Assembly: GCA_025057695.1 (NCBI GenBank) | Contig: JANWVB010000001.1 | Coordinates: 1-43,517, forward strand | Source: Patescibacteria group bacterium | GTDB taxonomy: Bacteria > Patescibacteriota > Microgenomatia > UBA8517 | Direction of reading: 5' to 3' | DNA length: 43,517 nucleotides | Shown here: positions 38,129 to 43,517 of the stretch, piece after piece | Numbering within the stretch: the first letter of the stretch is position 1 | How the letters are laid out: every line of letters begins with the position of its first letter | Made by a program: the position numbers and the translations under genes | Notes under the pieces: generated by a model | The model's database searches: none | Seen by the model: only the letters and a program-made list of their open reading frames with translations | Told to the model about the DNA's origin: nothing

Positions 38129-39409
38129 TTAAGCGACTCTTCGTTTTAACTCTGTATAAAATTTTGCCAAATAATCTTCAGCTTTAGCCCAATGATAATC
38201 TCCCATACCTTTTACTGCCAAATTCATTTCTATCGCCGCCAGAACTCTCAAACGGGCGAGTCTTGCAGCTTGCAGAATGGAAATCCTATAAACTTCGGCA
38301 TAAAGCTGACTGGCCGTATTTTCTATACTATGAATTTCGGGAGTTGATTCCTTCTCATTTGCTTCTTGCCAGAACTTAACTTCTAACGAAGCCGCAAGAG
38401 CTGGTTCAAACGCTAGCTTCAATTCATTTCTTAACAATTTGTAAAACGCAACAAGCTTGGTTTTTGCTTTTTGCCATTTGCTTTTTTTGCCTTCCAAAAC
38501 AGCTTCCGTCATCAAAACCGCGGCTTGCTTTGCCAAAGAACCAGAAAGCCCAAATTGTTCTTTAATATGTTCAATCGCATACTGTGTAAAACCTTTACCT
38601 TCAGGGATATTGGCAAGTCTCCACCACGCAAGTTCTAACTTAGCAGTGACTTCGGGTTTAAATGTAAAATGCACAACCTTATCTTTTGCGCCAAAACGTC
38701 TTCTGCGTCTGCTAAAGTCAAGAATTGCGGCTTTCAGCTTTTCAACAGTCATATCAGGCAAATGATCCTCCTCAAAATAAAATTCTGTATAAGTCATTTG
38801 CCAAGGTAAAAAACCACTCGTTCTCTGCTCCCCGGAAGTTCGAATAAACAAATCAGGATACGGATATGGCTGATCAGCTGTGTCCAAATACGAAGCAAAC
38901 TTTTCTTCTGTTACTTCTTGAGGTGGAACACCATCTTTGATCACTTTTTGAACCGCTCTAATTATCTCGTCTCTTCCTCCGTAATCAATTGCAAGATTAA
39001 GAATGTAATTAGTGTGATTTTTAGTTTCCTTTTCTATTCTGGCAATTGTGTTTCTAAGCTCAAAGGGAAGTCTTTCTTTTCTACCTAAATGCACAAGTCT
39101 CACGCCTTCTTTTTTAAACGTTTCTTTTTCTTTATTTAAATAATACAAAACAATAGACAAAATTTTGGCAACTTCTTTTGGAGGTCTTTTCCAATTTTCA
39201 GTTGAAAATCCCCACAAAGTAAGCGTGTGAACTCCAAAATCGCGAGAGGCTTTTATAACCTCGAAAATAGCTCTTGCGCCAGCTTCATGGCCTTTAGTTG
39301 GAGGCAATCCCTTAGAACGAGCCCAACGACCATTTCCATCCATTACGACAGCTATATGGTTTGGTACAATAGTGCCTTTTGGAAGATAAATCTTTTTACC
39401 CCCAAGCAT
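38129..39409 (-). CDS. uppS: isoprenyl transferase (undecaprenyl-diphosphate synthase-type cis-prenyltransferase) fused to an uncharacterised ~180 aa C-terminal helical domain
   Basis: HIAVVMDGNGRWA, TLWGFSTENWKRP and IRTSGEQRTSGFLPWQ...RRFG define a complete UppS in residues ~1-245. Residues ~246-426 are an extra alpha-helical region. Confidence 0.9.
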   Translation of the reverse strand: MLGGKKIYLPKGTIVPNHIAVVMDGNGRWARSKGLPPTKGHEAGARAIFEVIKASRDFGVHTLTLWGFSTENWKRPPKEVAKILSIVLYYLNKEKETFKKEGVRLVHLGRKERLPFELRNTIARIEKETKNHTNYILNLAIDYGGRDEIIRAVQKVIKDGVPPQEVTEEKFASYLDTADQPYPYPDLFIRTSGEQRTSGFLPWQMTYTEFYFEEDHLPDMTVEKLKAAILDFSRRRRRFGAKDKVVHFTFKPEVTAKLELAWWRLANIPEGKGFTQYAIEHIKEQFGLSGSLAKQAAVLMTEAVLEGKKSKWQKAKTKLVAFYKLLRNELKLAFEPALAASLEVKFWQEANEKESTPEIHSIENTASQLYAEVYRISILQAARLARLRVLAAIEMNLAVKGMGDYHWAKAEDYLAKFYTELKRRVA

Positions 39410-39480
39410 AAAAAAAATTATATCATAGTGGTTAATACAAATAATGTATAATCATAGCTTGCCACGCCAAACAAACAACA

Positions 39481-40623
39481 ATGAGTACAATAAGACAAAT
39501 TGTAACTATTACAAAAAGCCAAAAAGCAACTGATGCAAAAAATAATTTAGAAAACTTTGTGGACAAAATAAATAAGCATCTGCAAGAATATTTTGACAAA
39601 GAATTAAACAATACTTCTCAACAAAAAGCCAGCAAACAACAAATAAACATTAGAAAACACATTCTAAAACACATAAAAGAGCACAATTTGCGTCCTGCCA
39701 AAAGACTTAGAAGTTCCTTTATTTACTACGCTTACAAAATGCTCCATGGCAAAAACGATAATGCAATCATAAACGCCGCCATGTCCATAGAACTAATACA
39801 AACCGCACTTTTGATACATGACGACTTCATGGATCAAGACGAGATAAGGAGAGGGCGAGCAACAACCCATAAATTCTACGAAGAATATCATAAGGGAAAC
39901 AATTACAAAGGAGACCCTGCTCACTACGGAAATAGCATGGCAATAAATGCAGGCGATATCGCACTTTGTCTGGGATATGAAATACTTGGCAAAAGCCAAT
40001 TCTCTTCAGAAAAAAAATTAAAAGCTCTCAACAAGCTTTTCAGAGGAATAGCAAACACAGCCTTTGGACAAGCTTACGACATTACTCTGGAAAATAAAGC
40101 ACAAGCGTCAGAAAAAGAAATTTTAGACATGTACAAAGCCAAAACTGCGGTTTACACATATGAAAACCCTTTGCATATCGGAGCAATCTTGGCAGGAGCA
40201 AAAGAACAAGATCTGAAAATATTATCCGACTATGCAATCCCCGGCGGAATTGCCTTTCAATTGCAAGATGATATTTTGGGACTTTTTGGAAATCCTGAGA
40301 AAACAGGCAAACCTGCCCATTCAGACCTTAGACAGGGGAAAATGACACTTTTGATCACAAAGGCTTTGGAATTATCCAACACACACCAAAAACAAAAACT
40401 TTTACTTTTGTGGGGAAAAAGAAACTTAAATGATGCTGAAGCCCAAGAAGCAAGGAACATTGTAATTGACACAGGATCTTTGGAATACTGCAAAAGATTA
40501 TCCATTAAATGGGCCAAAAAAGCTCAAGAAGCAATTCCATCAATGCGCAATAAAAGGTGGGAAGAAGAAGGCATCAATTATCTAGATGGCATAGCACAGT
40601 ATATGATAGAGAGGGAAATGTGA
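39481..40623 (+). CDS. trans-polyprenyl diphosphate synthase (GGPP/FPP synthase family)
   Basis: First and second aspartate-rich motifs LIHDDFMDQD and FQLQDDILG. Divergent from uppS. Confidence 0.9.
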   Translation: MSTIRQIVTITKSQKATDAKNNLENFVDKINKHLQEYFDKELNNTSQQKASKQQINIRKHILKHIKEHNLRPAKRLRSSFIYYAYKMLHGKNDNAIINAAMSIELIQTALLIHDDFMDQDEIRRGRATTHKFYEEYHKGNNYKGDPAHYGNSMAINAGDIALCLGYEILGKSQFSSEKKLKALNKLFRGIANTAFGQAYDITLENKAQASEKEILDMYKAKTAVYTYENPLHIGAILAGAKEQDLKILSDYAIPGGIAFQLQDDILGLFGNPEKTGKPAHSDLRQGKMTLLITKALELSNTHQKQKLLLLWGKRNLNDAEAQEARNIVIDTGSLEYCKRLSIKWAKKAQEAIPSMRNKRWEEEGINYLDGIAQYMIEREM

Positions 40624-40629
40624 TAAAAA

Positions 40630-42537
40630 ATGGATAAGTTCCAAATTAAAAACAAATACGACCTAATTAAAAAAATATTCTTAAAATTCAGATTTTTAAT
40701 CATTTCCATATTCCTTATCCAAACAGCAATTTCAGTAATTGGCGCGGCTATTCCTTACCTTGTTAAACTTCAATTAGATTACCTACAAAACGCAACTGTT
40801 TTTTTTGAATCAGCAAATAAAAGCCCAACAATACTTTTTGTCCTTCTTATAATCCCATTTTTTCTTGAAACAATAAGACGTTTTGTGTTTGAAAAAACAA
40901 ACGAGAAATTATGGCATAAAGCATCTTATAAATTTGCCAACTACATAAGCGAAAACATATGGAATAAGTTAAACGAGTTAGATTGGGGATTTTTCGCCAA
41001 CAAAAAAAACGATAGAATTGTAACAAATGTAACACTTTCAGCAACAAATTTTGGACGCAACTGCGTTTATTTTTTCACCGATCGCGTATACGACATCGCA
41101 AGCATCGCAACAATTATCCCAATTATTGGTTTAATTGATTACAAAATACTTGTACTATGTCTGATTTTTGGATCTGCGCAAGCTTTAATAGCAAATGTCG
41201 CCAATAAACACGAAGCGCTTTTTGCGCTCAAACAAGAAATAATCAGAGACGAAAAATGGAAAGTGGAGTCTCTCCTAAGATATGACTTCCCTAAGTTAAA
41301 AATCCTTGGAGTAACCAAAAAATATTTAGATGAATATAAAGAAAAAAACAAGCAAGCTTATGAGTTAGATCAAAACCGAGCAATTTCCAGATTCATGTTT
41401 CAGTCCTACATTTTCTTGATCAAAAATGCTTTGACAGTAATTGTAGGCATAATAATTGGAATTGAAGTCTTGCAAGGAACAATCAGCATCGGCACATACA
41501 CCTTAATGACAGCCTACGCTATGCAAATCGCAAGTATCTTTTTAAATGTAATACAAAGCTTGCGCGAGTGGCATGATATAGACATTCAGTTTGACAGAAT
41601 TAATTTTGTGCTTATGCTTAATTCTCGCATTATAGTTAATAAAGACCCAAAAAGAACCCTGCCTCAAGTAAATAAAATAGAATTAAAAAAAGTTAGTTTC
41701 ACTTATCCCAATTTAGGGGAAGAAGAACAACTATACATCGCAAAAATGATTCAAAAAACAAAAGATGTTTTAAATAAATTCTCAATTAACGAATATAAAT
41801 GGGAACTAAGAGACTGGGAAGAAATTCTAAAAAAGCAAGAGGAAAAAAGGCAAGTATTGTCAAACGTATCTTTAAAAATTGAAAAAGGGAAAATAGTGGC
41901 TTTGCTTGGAAGAAATGGATCAGGAAAAACTACAATAACGCATCTTTTATTACACGGACTAGAAGCAGATTCAGGAGAAATTTGTATTGATGACATAAAT
42001 ATACGAGATATTTCAATTGAAACGCTTCTAAGTCTTTTTTCAATTATTCAACAAGAACCATTTTTCTTGTGGCGGCACTCAATTCGCGAAAATCTTACAG
42101 TTGGATCAAATGAAAAAAACATATCTGATAAAAAGCAATGGCAAGCGCTCGAAGCAGTGGGAATTGCGGACACAATTCGCAAACTCCCCGATAAACTCGA
42201 TACGATTATTGGAGAAAACTATTCTCTTTCCGGCGGAGAGCAACAACTAATAGTTTTAGCACGAATTTTTTTACAACAAAGACCATTTATAATATTTGAC
42301 GAGGGAACAAACCAGCTGGATGTTGAACATGAAGCAAAGATATTTGATCAACTAAGAAAACTTAAAGAAAAATCAGGCATCTTGTTCATAACTCATAGAA
42401 TCACAAATGCCAGGAAGGCTGACTATATCTATATGCTTGACAATGGACGGATTGTAGAAGAAGGAAAGCACGAAGAATTGTTAAAAATAAAAAACGGTTT
42501 GTATCGTAAATTCTGGGACTTGCAAGTTATAGGGTGA
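40630..42537 (+). CDS. ABC transporter, fused permease and ATP-binding protein (exporter type)
   Basis: N-terminal 6-TM domain, Walker A GRNGSGKTT, signature LSGGEQQ, Walker B IIFDEGT and H-loop ITHR. Confidence 0.9.
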   Translation: MDKFQIKNKYDLIKKIFLKFRFLIISIFLIQTAISVIGAAIPYLVKLQLDYLQNATVFFESANKSPTILFVLLIIPFFLETIRRFVFEKTNEKLWHKASYKFANYISENIWNKLNELDWGFFANKKNDRIVTNVTLSATNFGRNCVYFFTDRVYDIASIATIIPIIGLIDYKILVLCLIFGSAQALIANVANKHEALFALKQEIIRDEKWKVESLLRYDFPKLKILGVTKKYLDEYKEKNKQAYELDQNRAISRFMFQSYIFLIKNALTVIVGIIIGIEVLQGTISIGTYTLMTAYAMQIASIFLNVIQSLREWHDIDIQFDRINFVLMLNSRIIVNKDPKRTLPQVNKIELKKVSFTYPNLGEEEQLYIAKMIQKTKDVLNKFSINEYKWELRDWEEILKKQEEKRQVLSNVSLKIEKGKIVALLGRNGSGKTTITHLLLHGLEADSGEICIDDINIRDISIETLLSLFSIIQQEPFFLWRHSIRENLTVGSNEKNISDKKQWQALEAVGIADTIRKLPDKLDTIIGENYSLSGGEQQLIVLARIFLQQRPFIIFDEGTNQLDVEHEAKIFDQLRKLKEKSGILFITHRITNARKADYIYMLDNGRIVEEGKHEELLKIKNGLYRKFWDLQVIG

Positions 42538-42589
42538 TCAAAAGTCAATGCAACAGCAACATAAATTTTTAGAAAAAACAACAAAAAAC

Positions 42590-43517
42590 AATGAATGACG
42601 CAAAAAATATAAAACAAAGAAAGAAAGATCATTTGAAAATTGCTCTAAATGAAAGTTCGCAAATAGGTTCGACTGGATTTGATAAATACCAATTTATTCA
42701 CAATGCTCTCCCTGAAATTAATTTTGATGAAATTGACCTTTCTACCACATTCTTGGGCAAGAAAGTGAATTATCCTTTTTTTGTTTCATGCATGACAGGA
42801 GGCATGGCTGAAGGCAAACGAATAAACCGCAACTTGGCTCGCGCCGCTCAAAAATATGGTATTGCAATGGGAGTAGGCAGTCAAAGAATAGCAATTGAAA
42901 ACCCCAAACTAAAAGACCTGTTCATGGCAAGAGATGACGCGCCTGATATACCACTTATAGCAAATGTGGGGCTTGTACAACTAAACTATGGTTTTTCTGA
43001 AAAAGAATTCCAAGAAATCATAAATATGATTCACGCGGACGCGCTTGCAGTTCATATAAACCCAATCCAAGAAGTAATTCAACCTGAAGGTGATAGAAAT
43101 TTCAAAGACTTGCTACCAAAACTCAAAAAATTAATACCAAAACTATCAACACCTGTAATAGCCAAAGAAGTGGGTTTTGGCCTCTCGAAAAATGTAATAA
43201 AAAAACTTTATAAGGTAGGGGTTAGAATCTTTGACACCGCAGGATGGGGAGGAACAAACTGGGCAGTGATAGAAGGAATGCGCAGGGAAGGTTTTGAAAA
43301 TCTGGGAAAACTCTTTGGTGAATGGGGAATACCAACGACAGATTCAATCACAATAGCCAATAAATTGCGCAAAGAATTTACAGATAAAATCACAATTTTA
43401 GGCAGTGGGGGCATTAGAAACGGCATTCAAATCGCAAAAGCAATAGCATTGGGAAGCGATCTGGTAGGAATCGCGCAACCTTTTGCAAAAGCGGCATTGG
43501 TATCACAAGAAGAGGTA
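42590..43517 (+). CDS. fni: type 2 isopentenyl-diphosphate delta-isomerase (FMN-dependent), 3' end outside the window
   Basis: ATG at 42590; open to the window edge, so absent from the ORF track. The translation MNDAKNIKQRKKDHLKIAL...YPFFVSCMTGG...GIAMGVGSQR...VIAKEVGFG...GGIRNG matches IDI-2. Confidence 0.88.

Noticed and set aside
1-43517. CRISPR arrays, IS elements/transposases and rRNA genes.
   Set aside because: No regularly spaced direct repeats, terminal inverted repeats flanking a transposase-like ORF, or rRNA-like conserved blocks were seen anywhere in the window.

Overview
This is a low-GC, densely packed bacterial chromosome segment. Gene content (DUF3048, DUF4446, many small membrane proteins, fused or compact enzymes) suggests a reduced Patescibacteria/CPR-like genome; that placement is inference only. 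Long conserved genes have no internal TGA, so the host uses the standard code 11.

The core genes are housekeeping:
- DNA repair and nucleases: mutS-mutL, recJ, an nth-like glycosylase, and an orphan Cas4-like PD-(D/E)XK nuclease.
- Translation and stress: typA, a relA/spoT homolog, cca, dtd and comM/yifB.
- Secretion and proteolysis: secDF and pepF.
- An isoprenoid cluster: a uppS fusion, a polyprenyl synthase, an ABC transporter and a partial fni.

Four things stand out:
1. A tightly coupled three-gene flavin module (10521-13442). It encodes a membrane-anchored FMN-binding protein, ApbE, and an RnfD/NqrB-like membrane domain fused to an FNR-like FAD/NAD(P)H domain. It looks like a minimal Nqr/Rnf-like transmembrane electron conduit.
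2. A ~5.8 kb patch directly 3' of tRNA-Gln (13.7-19.5 kb) that looks more GC-rich by eye. It is almost entirely decayed genes: Ppx/GppA, SDR, IMPase, Nudix, a DNPH1-like/RHH ORF and unknowns. They carry in-frame TAA, TAG and TGA stops at conserved catalytic positions plus homopolymer frameshifts.
3. A second small islet 3' of tRNA-Pro (33.0-36.1 kb). It holds two intact foreign-looking genes, one with a C-terminal ParB-like domain and one with YD-repeat-like motifs.
4. Several unusual domain architectures: a C-terminal extension on UppS, an insertion in the ABC ATPase domain, and an Nth homolog without Fe-S cysteines.

I found no CRISPR array, integrase, transposase or rRNA.
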